IMG/VR virus record: IMGVR_UViG_3300019288_000050
Location: 3,150-67,149 of that record
Length of the DNA: 64,000 nucleotides
Strand: one strand, 5' to 3'
Origin: a virus
Taxonomy: Duplodnaviria; Caudoviricetes
Shown: one piece after another, positions 1 through 8,533 of the stretch
Layout: each line of letters begins with the position of its first letter
Numbering within the stretch: the first letter of the stretch is position 1
Program-made: the position numbers and the translations under genes
Notes under the pieces: model-generated
Database searches by the model: none
Told to the model about the DNA's origin: nothing
Seen by the model: the letters and a program-made list of their open reading frames with translations, nothing else

Positions 1-1203
1 GTTCAGGTAATACATATGACGCGTCTTGTTGGGTACGCACAAGCCTGTGACCTCCGATTTGACTACCTGTGTCATAGGCTCGTCTGTGAATACCTGTCTA
101 AGCAGTGTGCGTCCACCGTCGTAGAGGGCTACACGCGCTCCGGGTGTTTCCATATAGAAAGGCTTTCCACACTGAACGTCACCTATAATGCCGTCTGGCA
201 CATACACAAGCACATCGTCCTCAAACGAGGGGATTTCCTGAATTTCAATCTTTCGTGTGGTCGGATTGTATTTTTCATTAAACTCCTTGTTGTCGATTAC
301 TGTGATTGTCGCACCAATAGCGTCTTCGATGAATGCCTTGAGCGCGGTGTCTGAGATAGTTTTGCCGAAAGCGAGTCGCTGTGCAGCGTCTGATATATCA
401 GGTCGTGTCGAAATGACGTAGGCATTGCGAAAGTAGTCAAGCTTCGCAATGGTGCGCCAAGTCTTCTTAGAGCACTCCCAATGACCGGGGCCTGCGAAGT
501 CAACCTGTTCTGCGTTGTCTTTTACATCCTGCATGACCTCGATAGGGATTATGGTCTTGCCTACTGCGGTGTTCTGCGTCACAGTTCCGTCAGCCGCACG
601 TTTGTACCATTTGCTGTCCTTGATATTCTTTGTAGGAATACCGAAGTCAATCTCAAACGAGATTCCGAGCGGGTTGTTTTTCTTGTCGATGACAAGTTTA
701 CCCTTGTTGGAGACAATACGGTTACGCTGATTGCGGAAAGTGTTGTAGTTACCGCCAAGCAAATCGTCAACGCCGTTGAAAAGCAGCTGCATGACGATAT
801 TTTCCATTTCGGGAGTGGTTCGTCCAAGTTCTTTTGCGAGCAACGCCTTTTCGCGGATGATTTTGCGGTTGAGGACAATTTCGTGCTTGAAAATAGGCAG
901 GCCGCCAGTTTTCAGCGAGAATCCGTCAGTTGATTTGGTCGCACCGTCCGAATCCTCGTCGGTATAGGTCGCGATTGTGTACGGACGGATTGTAGCCTCC
1001 ACCTGCTCGAATGTCGGGTTGATAGGAATATTGGGGTTAAGCGCGAAGCCCATCTGTGCAAAAGTCGCTTCCGCATTGTATTTCTCCGCGAAAGAGTCCT
1101 CCACAAAGAGGTCGAAAGCGGAGCGGTCTCCACTATCCACATACCCCAACGAAGCAAGCCCTTTGGCTACAATGTCGTAGTATTCTTTACCTCGTGTGTA
1201 CAT
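1..1203 (-). CDS. Major capsid protein (partial; ORF runs off the left edge)
   Basis: Reading begins at ATG 1203 (MYTRGKEYYDIVAKGL...) and ends ...EVTGLCVPNKTRHMYYLN at position 1 with no stop seen. It is absent from the ORF track, which fits a stop outside the window. About 400 aa and downstream of scaffold and decoration genes. Confidence 0.72.
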   Translation of the reverse strand, partial: MYTRGKEYYDIVAKGLASLGYVDSGDRSAFDLFVEDSFAEKYNAEATFAQMGFALNPNIPINPTFEQVEATIRPYTIATYTDEDSDGATKSTDGFSLKTGGLPIFKHEIVLNRKIIREKALLAKELGRTTPEMENIVMQLLFNGVDDLLGGNYNTFRNQRNRIVSNKGKLVIDKKNNPLGISFEIDFGIPTKNIKDSKWYKRAADGTVTQNTAVGKTIIPIEVMQDVKDNAEQVDFAGPGHWECSKKTWRTIAKLDYFRNAYVISTRPDISDAAQRLAFGKTISDTALKAFIEDAIGATITVIDNKEFNEKYNPTTRKIEIQEIPSFEDDVLVYVPDGIIGDVQCGKPFYMETPGARVALYDGGRTLLRQVFTDEPMTQVVKSEVTGLCVPNKTRHMYYLN

Positions 1204-1227
1204 TGTTTGTCTGTTTTTAATTGTTGA

Positions 1228-1662
1228 TTATGCTCCTGTTCCGCCGGAAGCGGTGTATTCTCTGCCCTCGCGCATGAATGAAATCATGGGGAGGTTTGCT
1301 TCCACGGAGGGTGGGATGCCGTCGGCTCCGGCTCGGTCTGCGTAGATTTTGCCGGAGGTTACAATTGCGCCGGAAGCGAGAATAGGATTGGAGGGTATGC
1401 AGATGTCGTTGAAGATAAGTCCGTTTACCTTTGCGAGCTTGTCTGCCGCAGCGTCAGCCTTGACTATCTCGATGGTGTTTGCCTGCTGGTCGAAAATCGC
1501 CATAGAGCCTGCGGGAATCACATCGCCCGGTTGATACAGCGAAACATCGAGGTTCCCGCCGAAATGCTCAACGCGATAGGTGCGCACCCAAACGACAAGA
1601 TTTCCGCCGATTTCGGCAGAGTGGCCTCCGATGGTGTTGGATGTTCCGTTCTGATAAGCCAT
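1228..1662 (-). CDS. Head decoration protein
   Basis: 144 aa beta-rich protein between scaffold and capsid genes; call based on position and size. Confidence 0.5.
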   Translation of the reverse strand: MAYQNGTSNTIGGHSAEIGGNLVVWVRTYRVEHFGGNLDVSLYQPGDVIPAGSMAIFDQQANTIEIVKADAAADKLAKVNGLIFNDICIPSNPILASGAIVTSGKIYADRAGADGIPPSVEANLPMISFMREGREYTASGGTGA

Positions 1663-1682
1663 GTTTGTTTGGATTTTGATTG

Positions 1683-2318
1683 TTACTGTTTCTTAGGCAG
1701 TCGCCCGGCTCGTCGCTGTTGCTCTTTGAAAGCCTCGCGGCGGTCTGCCATCTCTTTTTCCGCCTCCTTGCTTGCGCCCTGCCTGCCGGAGCTTCCGTAA
1801 GGTGCTGCCCCATCGCCGTGATAGCGTTTGAGCAGCCTTTCATACTCCTTTTTGGCTTTGGCGGTAACATCTTCGGCGGTGTCGTTATCCCCGATTTGCA
1901 CAGCTTTCACAGCGTCCTCCCAAATCGCTTCATTCGCGACTTTCAGCGATTTGCCCTTTGCGGTCACTTCGGAGCGGAGGTTATTTGCGGTTGCGTTCTT
2001 CGCACTCTCTGCAAGCTTGCCTTCAAGCTGTTCAACACGCTTCAAAAGGTCGGGGTCTCCGCCCTTCGGCTGCGTTTCGGTTGTAGAGGGTTGAGGCTTA
2101 AAGGTTCTCTTGAAGTCCTCAATCCCGGCGGCTACATCTGTACGATACTGTCCTGTGAGCGATTTTAGGAACTTGGTGTGTTTCTCCCAATAAGCCTCGT
2201 CAGGCTCTGTTCCCTCCGCAGGGAGATTATCGCTGATGTAGCTGTCAAGTGTTCTCTGAGAAAGGGGTGTCTCCCCAAGTTTCTCTGTGAGAGTGGATAA
2301 AAGTGTCTCTTTTTCCAT
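1683..2318 (-). CDS. Capsid scaffolding protein
   Basis: 211 aa charged, helical/coiled-coil protein upstream of decoration and capsid genes. Confidence 0.6.
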   Translation of the reverse strand: MEKETLLSTLTEKLGETPLSQRTLDSYISDNLPAEGTEPDEAYWEKHTKFLKSLTGQYRTDVAAGIEDFKRTFKPQPSTTETQPKGGDPDLLKRVEQLEGKLAESAKNATANNLRSEVTAKGKSLKVANEAIWEDAVKAVQIGDNDTAEDVTAKAKKEYERLLKRYHGDGAAPYGSSGRQGASKEAEKEMADRREAFKEQQRRAGRLPKKQ

Positions 2319-2337
2319 TTGTCTATCAAATTGTTAA

Positions 2338-2395
2338 ATAAAAAAGAGCCTCAAATCGGAGCATTGCTGCTCGTCATTGAAGCTCTTTGGCTTTT
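2338..2395 (-). terminator. Conserved late-operon leader-terminator, copy 1
   Basis: Minus strand AAAAGCC AAAGAGCTTCAA..[GAGCA GCAA TGCTC]..TTGAGGCTCTTT TTTATTT; 12-bp stem plus T-tract about 20 nt before the scaffold ATG. Confidence 0.8.
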
Positions 2396-2419
2396 CTCCT
2401 TGCGGAGTTATGTAATTTG

Positions 2420-2493
2420 TGGATTGGGTAAGACTTGAACTTACGCCCCACGGATTAAAAATCCGTTGCTCTAACCTTCTGAGCTACCAATCC
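2420..2493 (-). tRNA. tRNA-Lys(UUU)
   Basis: Acceptor GGATTGG/CCAATCC, D arm AGCTCAGAAGGTTAGAGC, anticodon arm ACGGA-TTTTTAA-TCCGT, T arm GTAAG-TTCAAGT-CTTAC. Confidence 0.92.
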
Positions 2494-2498
2494 AATTG

Positions 2499-2571
2499 TG
2501 GCGCAGGGCGGACTCGAACCGCCGACCTCTTGGTTATGAGCCAAGTGAGCTACCAACTGCTCTACCGCGCT
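2499..2571 (-). tRNA. tRNA-Met(CAU), initiator-like
   Basis: Anticodon arm CTTGG-CTCATAA-CCAAG, T arm GGCGG-TTCGAGT-CCGCC, A1xC72 mismatch, A11-U24 pair. Confidence 0.9.
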
Positions 2572-2582
2572 ATTAACCTAAA

Positions 2583-2771
2583 TCAATCTTCCTTATCTAT
2601 GGCTGCTACCTTTATGTATTTCTTGCATCGGCGGCACTTGTGGCGGAATAAACCCTTTGTGTGCAGACTTTCTATTTCAAAAAGTTTCTGTCCGCAACAA
2701 GGGCATACCGCAAGCCTGTTGCGGTCGCTTCCGTCTGTCTGGTCAGTGTCTTTCTTTGCAATTATGTTCAT
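2583..2771 (-). CDS. Mu Com-like C4 zinc-finger protein
   Basis: 62 aa; CPCCGQKLFEI...RHKCRRCKKYIKV fits the Com-like pattern CxxCxKL...KCxRC. Confidence 0.6.
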   Translation of the reverse strand: MNIIAKKDTDQTDGSDRNRLAVCPCCGQKLFEIESLHTKGLFRHKCRRCKKYIKVAAIDKED

Positions 2772-2789
2772 ATCGGCGTATTATCACCG

Positions 2790-2797
2790 CAAAATTA
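2790..2797 (-). promoter_or_regulatory. Bacteroidetes -7 promoter (leftward head operon)
   Basis: TAATTTTG on the minus strand matches TAnnTTTG, upstream of the Com-like gene. Confidence 0.65.
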
Positions 2798-2862
2798 GGT
2801 TTATTTTCCTATAAAACAAAATAATTACACAAGAAAATAATGTTATTTTCCCGAAAATAGAC

Positions 2863-2870
2863 TAAATTTG
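2863..2870 (+). promoter_or_regulatory. Bacteroidetes -7 promoter (terminase operon)
   Basis: TAAATTTG followed by CA, about 75 nt before the TerL ATG. Confidence 0.65.
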
Positions 2871-2888
2871 CACTTAGATAACCACATT

Positions 2889-2944
2889 AGAGCTTTCATC
2901 AAGCCGGATTTTCGCTTCACAGCGGACTTCCGGCTTTTCTTTTT
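2889..2944 (+). terminator. Leader-terminator variant before TerL
   Basis: AGAGCTT, then AAGCCGGA..[CGCT TCAC AGCG]..TCCGGCTT TTCTTTTT directly abutting ATG 2945. Confidence 0.7.
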
Positions 2945-5686
2945 ATGAGAAAAGACACAGACATAATGACATTTCTTGACGGGCGCAAAGTTGTGTCCTA
3001 TGATGCCATTGTGTCTGTGAGGGAAGCGATAGACAGCAAGAAGTCTAATGACAAGGCTATACAGGCGGGAGGACAGGAAAATATACTCTCCTCTGATGCC
3101 GATATTGTGATTGGCGGCGGCTGTCGAGGCGGCGGCAAGGGAGAGCCGTACTCTGCTCCGATAGTCACTCCTTTCGGGTTGCGCAAGATGGGCGACCTAA
3201 AGCTCGGTAACATCATCACCTCTATTGACGGAGGTATGCAGAGAGTGATTAAAATCCATGAACTTGGGGTGACCGATGTTTTCCGGCTGAATTTTTCAGA
3301 TGGCACGCACGTGGACTGCACTGCTGACCATTTGTGGAAAATCAAGAAAACCAACGTCTCGCATAAACGCAGAAAATTGAACGGCACAGGGCAAGACGCG
3401 GATTGGGAGTTGTGGACTATGGAGATGATTATGTCCTACCTCGACCGCCAGAGCAACGGAGAGTTTAAGACAAAACAGCCGTCGCGACTCTTAGTGCCTC
3501 TTTGTGAACCTGTAAAATTCACTCGTTCTTTTGCGGGGTGGTATAAACCGCAATCCGACCCTTATATTATCGGGGCGATGCTCGGCGACGGCTGTATTAC
3601 AGATAAGGCCATGAAAGAGGCTTCAGATAGTGCCGGATTATTTTCCTCAACAGATGTCGAGTTGATTGAAAGTTTTATAAAGGCAGGCATATCATGCTCC
3701 AAAAGACGCAAATCAATGGATAATTGTTGCGACTATCAATTGAAAAGCGAAATACTGCGCAAGGATATATTTGGGTTGAAACTGAATGGTTGCGACTCCT
3801 ATACAAAGTTTATCCCAAATATCTATAAATACGCCCCGTTAGATACACGATGGGCGTTGGTTCAAGGCTTGATGGACACTGACGGTACTGTTGATAAGCG
3901 AGGTCACTGCTCATACTCAACCATAAGCCCGAATCTTGCTGAGGATATGGCGTTTGTGCTTCGTTCACTTGGTGCTTATGTCACCATTTCAAAGAACAAG
4001 GCTGGCTATAAGAAAAATGGCACATATATTGAGTGCGCTGATGTCTACGACCTATATATAAAAATAAAGGATAGTGACAGGCTTTTCCGCCTTAAACGCA
4101 AGAAAGAGCGCAGTAAGGATTATAATGGAGGTGTTTCCACTCCAACAAAACGCATAGTTAGTTACGAGTATGTCGGCAAAGATAAATGCAGATGTATCAG
4201 CGTGAGTCACCCATCTGCGTTGTATCTTACCAATGATTTCACCGTAACGCACAACTCATGGGTATTGCTTAATAGTGTACTCTATGACATTTACAACCCT
4301 AACTTCCGCTCTGTGATTCTCCGAGCCGGTACGGATGACCTTTCAGACCTTGTTGACGTGTCTTTCGATATTTTCCGTGATTTCGGAGAATACAACAAGT
4401 CGAAAGATGACATGACTTGGAATTACAAAAACGGCGGATGGCTCAAATTCTCATTCCATGCCGGAACGATGGAGAGCTTTCGCACACGCTTCCAAGGTAA
4501 GCAGTTTGCCTATATCGGTGTCGATGAGGTGACGCACATGGCATACGAGAAATTCAAGTATCTCATTACCTGTAACCGTAATGCCTTCGGAATCCGCAAC
4601 CGCTTCATAGGCACCTGTAACCCCGACCCGGATTCGTGGGTTGCCAAATTCATAGACTGGTGGATTGGTGAGGACGGACTGCCTATCCGTGAGCGAGATG
4701 GCAAAGTGCGCTATTGCTTCATGGACGGCGACACTCCTGACACTATCTATTGGGGCGATTCCCGCGAGGAAGTGTATGCGCAGTGTAAGGATATTATTGA
4801 CTCTTATTGGAAGCCGGAATATGAGCGTTACGGCACACCGCAGGAACTTTTCATCAAGTCTGTTGCGTTTGTGGAAGCCAAGCTCTCGGACAATGTAGCC
4901 CTTATGTCCTCTGACCCGACATACCTTGCAAACCTTGTCAATCAGTCCGACGAACAACGCGCCCGAGATCTTGACGGCAACTGGAAATTCAAGAGTGCCG
5001 GGGATGATATGATTAAGCTCGCCCACATGGATGCTTTTTACAGAAACACCATGCAGACAGGAGACAATCAGCTCCGGGCGACATGTGACGTTGCCGCAGA
5101 TGGTGGCGACAACCTTGTGCTTGTGAAATGGATTGGCAATCACATTGACGATATTTTCGTGTGCCGCATCGGAGTTGTCAATGCCGCCATGTCTGTGAAG
5201 GAGAAACTGCGATACTGGCAGGTGCGTGAGGAGAATTTCGCCTATGACCTACCGGGACTCGGACAGACATTCAAGGATATTTTCACCAAGGCGATTCCAT
5301 TTATCCCCAAACAGGCGGTTGACCCAAAACTGAAATTCATCTATGGCGACACCAAGAGCCAATGTGCATACGAGTTTGCCGATGGACTGATTAACGGCGC
5401 ATACTCCATAAATCCCAATTTGCTCCAGCGCAAGTATTCCGGCAATGGATATGAAAACGTGCCGCTGGAGCAGATTCTCAATTTAGAGCGCAAGGCGATA
5501 AGGCAGGACACAAGCCAATCAGACCGCTCATGGCAGATAATCAAGAAAAAAGACATGAAGCGATTCACACGACATTCGCCTGACTTTATCGAGGCAATAA
5601 TAATTCGCAGAATCTTCGACATAAAAGGCAAAAAGCATACAAAGCCGCGCTTAATGAAATATGTAAACCCGAACCGATATAGATAA
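2945..5686 (+). CDS. terL: Terminase large subunit, intein-containing
   Basis: Walker A GCRGGGK|S is restored after intein removal; Walker B YIGVDE, GTCNP motif and C-terminal nuclease CDVAADGGD are present. Confidence 0.93.
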   Translation: MRKDTDIMTFLDGRKVVSYDAIVSVREAIDSKKSNDKAIQAGGQENILSSDADIVIGGGCRGGGKGEPYSAPIVTPFGLRKMGDLKLGNIITSIDGGMQRVIKIHELGVTDVFRLNFSDGTHVDCTADHLWKIKKTNVSHKRRKLNGTGQDADWELWTMEMIMSYLDRQSNGEFKTKQPSRLLVPLCEPVKFTRSFAGWYKPQSDPYIIGAMLGDGCITDKAMKEASDSAGLFSSTDVELIESFIKAGISCSKRRKSMDNCCDYQLKSEILRKDIFGLKLNGCDSYTKFIPNIYKYAPLDTRWALVQGLMDTDGTVDKRGHCSYSTISPNLAEDMAFVLRSLGAYVTISKNKAGYKKNGTYIECADVYDLYIKIKDSDRLFRLKRKKERSKDYNGGVSTPTKRIVSYEYVGKDKCRCISVSHPSALYLTNDFTVTHNSWVLLNSVLYDIYNPNFRSVILRAGTDDLSDLVDVSFDIFRDFGEYNKSKDDMTWNYKNGGWLKFSFHAGTMESFRTRFQGKQFAYIGVDEVTHMAYEKFKYLITCNRNAFGIRNRFIGTCNPDPDSWVAKFIDWWIGEDGLPIRERDGKVRYCFMDGDTPDTIYWGDSREEVYAQCKDIIDSYWKPEYERYGTPQELFIKSVAFVEAKLSDNVALMSSDPTYLANLVNQSDEQRARDLDGNWKFKSAGDDMIKLAHMDAFYRNTMQTGDNQLRATCDVAADGGDNLVLVKWIGNHIDDIFVCRIGVVNAAMSVKEKLRYWQVREENFAYDLPGLGQTFKDIFTKAIPFIPKQAVDPKLKFIYGDTKSQCAYEFADGLINGAYSINPNLLQRKYSGNGYENVPLEQILNLERKAIRQDTSQSDRSWQIIKKKDMKRFTRHSPDFIEAIIIRRIFDIKGKKHTKPRLMKYVNPNRYR
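3140..4255 (+). mobile_element. Class-3 intein (372 aa) with LAGLIDADG homing endonuclease
   Basis: Starts GEPYSAPIVTPFG, block B CTADHLW, endonuclease motifs IIGAMLGDGC and LVQGLMDTDG, block F KCRCISV, ends THN|S. Confidence 0.92.
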
Positions 5687-7257
5687 TGAAAACGAGAGAC
5701 ATCAAGACACGCCGACCGTGGAGACTGATACGCCCGGAAGGTTACTACCGCCACGGAACTTTCAACTCGGAAAACGAGCCGCCGATGCCCGCCGACTCCA
5801 TAAAGTCAGACATAATGACACAGGCTGATATGCTTCGGCAGTATTATCCGTCGGGACATATCATAAATGACCCTACGGCATATCCTGACATATACCGCGA
5901 GCAGCAAGAGCCTGTTTACGACGAGCAGGGCAATGATACTGGCAAGACAATCCGCAGGGTGTATAAGGAGTGTGTGCCTCGCTTCGCTTTCGCTTTTCAA
6001 CAGATTATCGCCCTTAAACAGACGATACACCTTGTCGGCAATGATATTCAGTTTGAGATGAATACTGCCAATCCTACGGAGGCGCAACGTGGCACTTATG
6101 ACAAGTTCCGTGAGGGATGGCTTGAAAAGGATTCGGAGGTGTCTTTTTACGAGTGTGTGAAATCAGAGAAAATCACCGCCGACTGCGCTTGTGTGGGTTT
6201 CCTTGAAAATGGTGTTTTCGGGTGGCAGACCTATTCATATAAGACCGGCTCGACGCTCTATCCGCACTTTGACAACCGTGGACGGCTCAAACTGTTTGCC
6301 CGGTCATTCTACGACTATGACGAAAACGGAGAAATTGTTGTTGAGTGGTTGGAAATTTGGGATGACACATATCTTACACGCCTTAAAAAGACAGGCGAAA
6401 GGTATCAGAATGTGTATGAGAAGATATTAGGCTCTCTCGGCGCATCAAGCTATACAGTACAATCTCGCAAGCGGCATGGATTCCCGTTTGTCCCTGTGGC
6501 TTATAAACGGAATGAAGATGGCCCGTGCTGGCTCCCATCGCAGGATAGCTGCGACTCCTACGATATGTCGTTTTCGCAGATGGCGCAGAACAATCAAGCT
6601 TTTGGCGTGCCAACCATGATATTTCAGGGAGAGGGCGAGAACTTCGACTTTCAGCATGACCTCAACGGCACAATCCGCACCATCTCTATGGGTAAAGAGG
6701 ATAAGGTTTCCACCCTGCAAGCGGAATCGGCATCCGATAGCTATATGAAGCAGCTCGACACGCTCTATAAAATGATTTATGAGCAATCATTTGCCGTTAT
6801 TCCGCCTGAACTGCGAAGCGGTGATTTGCCGGGTGTGGCAATCAAACTCCTTTACTCTCCCGCAGTCGAAAAAGCGATGAGCGATGCACCCGAATGGCAG
6901 CCGTTTCTCAATGACATGGTTAAAATCTTCTCTTACGGCTATGGCATCGAAGTAGAGATGACTTCCGATTTCGCAACCTTGCCACTTAAATATTGGATTA
7001 AGCCTTATGTGCATATCAACGAAAGTGCGGTAATCAATGACCTCGCAACCGGTGTTAATGCTGGTTTTATATCTAAACAGACCGCCTCGGAACGTGCGCC
7101 GGAATACACGTCTGTCGGCGAATGGGAGAGAATTACAAAGGAAATGAAAGACCAGCAACAGTCTGATTTGCTTTTTCAGATAAAAAACAAACAAACCGCT
7201 ACAAACAATCAGTCCCAACAGAAAAATCAGAAAGTAACTAATGCGACAACCAAGTGA
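5686..7257 (+). CDS. Portal protein
   Basis: 523 aa, directly after TerL; size and position fit an SPP1-like portal. Confidence 0.8.
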   Translation: MKTRDIKTRRPWRLIRPEGYYRHGTFNSENEPPMPADSIKSDIMTQADMLRQYYPSGHIINDPTAYPDIYREQQEPVYDEQGNDTGKTIRRVYKECVPRFAFAFQQIIALKQTIHLVGNDIQFEMNTANPTEAQRGTYDKFREGWLEKDSEVSFYECVKSEKITADCACVGFLENGVFGWQTYSYKTGSTLYPHFDNRGRLKLFARSFYDYDENGEIVVEWLEIWDDTYLTRLKKTGERYQNVYEKILGSLGASSYTVQSRKRHGFPFVPVAYKRNEDGPCWLPSQDSCDSYDMSFSQMAQNNQAFGVPTMIFQGEGENFDFQHDLNGTIRTISMGKEDKVSTLQAESASDSYMKQLDTLYKMIYEQSFAVIPPELRSGDLPGVAIKLLYSPAVEKAMSDAPEWQPFLNDMVKIFSYGYGIEVEMTSDFATLPLKYWIKPYVHINESAVINDLATGVNAGFISKQTASERAPEYTSVGEWERITKEMKDQQQSDLLFQIKNKQTATNNQSQQKNQKVTNATTK

Positions 7258-8002
7258 AGCCGACATAGAAACGGCGAAAGCATATCTTCGGCAACGCCTC
7301 GATGCTGAAAGGTCAATGAGTTATAACCTTTCTATCGTTATGCGTGAGGCTGCGGAGCGCATTGTTGAAATTCTCTACTCGGCAAATATACACCCGACGG
7401 TTGCCTCCTATGGTGATTTGCCGTTGAGGGTGCAATGGGACATTGACGAGGTTGTGCAGTGGTTAAAAGAAACAATCGACGACTATTTCGTAACTCTTGC
7501 TATCGCCGACCATGAGGAAAATAGAAACACCATATTGCCTTTTATCCTCGGAGAGAATCATGGAGCAAATTTTGACGAGCGGTTGACCGATTATGTAGGA
7601 AAATACAAAAATGAGTTGTTGCTCCTTGTCGGTGCCGGTCTGTTGCTCGGAATTGGCAAATCGGCTCTTGCGAAGTCTATTGGCGACAATCTCAGACAGC
7701 CATACGCCAATCCGATGCTGAAAGATGGCATCGAAGCTCCCTTGACCTATGGGCGAGGGAAAAGTAACGCCATGTATAACGCAATAAGCAGTTTAACAAG
7801 AAACGGCATCGCTGGGGCATGGATGAAAAACTTCTACATTGAAACTCACAAGAATGGATGTATCGGTTGGCTCGTTCAACGTGGCAGTAGCTATCCGTGC
7901 GAGATTTGCCAAGCCTATGTGGGCTTACAGACCTCCGAGGAAAATCTTCCTCCTTTTCATTTGAATTGCGTATGCTATGCAGTACCAATATATCTGAAAT
8001 AA
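7241..8002 (+). CDS. Head morphogenesis (Mu F/SPP1 gp7-like) protein
   Basis: Follows portal; C-terminal CEIC...PPFHLNCVC motif. Confidence 0.75.
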   Translation: MRQPSEADIETAKAYLRQRLDAERSMSYNLSIVMREAAERIVEILYSANIHPTVASYGDLPLRVQWDIDEVVQWLKETIDDYFVTLAIADHEENRNTILPFILGENHGANFDERLTDYVGKYKNELLLLVGAGLLLGIGKSALAKSIGDNLRQPYANPMLKDGIEAPLTYGRGKSNAMYNAISSLTRNGIAGAWMKNFYIETHKNGCIGWLVQRGSSYPCEICQAYVGLQTSEENLPPFHLNCVCYAVPIYLK

Positions 8003-8105
8003 TATGCTCGGCTACTCCCTCATTCGCACAAAGAAACTTATGGCTATTTACGAGAAAATAGCTATATTTGCACTTGATAAGATAAGACATCAAAATAAAT
8101 TCAAT

Positions 8106-8459
8106 ATGACAATATCGGGAACTATCTCCGTTGTTCAACCCGAGCAATCAGGTACGAGCAAGAGTGGCAAGGTATGGCGCAAACGTGAATATGTATGTGT
8201 TTACGACAACTCCAACGCGAATTATCCAAAATCGGTTGTCTTTCAGGTTATGAATGACAACATCGACAAACTCAACATTCAGCAGGGTGTCGAATATGAC
8301 CTTGAACTCGATTTCGAGGCGAGAGAATGGAATGGCCGCTATTTCCTGCAAGCGTCTTGTTGGAAAGCGACTGCAAAGACTCAACCCGCACCTCAGCAGC
8401 CCGTCTATACGCAGCCGGCACCACCGACAGACGATTTGGGTAACGACTTGCCATTCTGA
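8106..8459 (+). CDS. DUF3127-like ssDNA-binding (OB-fold) protein
   Basis: SGTSKSGKVWRKREYV...AREWNGRYF with acidic tail DDLGNDLPF; own promoter TATATTTG at 8063-8070. Confidence 0.75.
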   Translation: MTISGTISVVQPEQSGTSKSGKVWRKREYVCVYDNSNANYPKSVVFQVMNDNIDKLNIQQGVEYDLELDFEAREWNGRYFLQASCWKATAKTQPAPQQPVYTQPAPPTDDLGNDLPF

Positions 8460-8492
8460 TATAAGCATCTTTCATCCGAAAGAAGGTAATCG

Positions 8493-8526
8493 AAGGGCGC
8501 AGGGGCTTGAATCCTTGCGCCCTTTG
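8493..8526. terminator. Hairpin terminator between convergent genes
   Basis: AAGGGCGCAGG / CCTTGCGCCCTT stem. Confidence 0.6.
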
Positions 8527-8533
8527 CTATGCG

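Noticed and set aside
2419-2814. 131-aa plus-strand ORF
   Set aside because: Antisense to two tRNAs and the Com-like gene.
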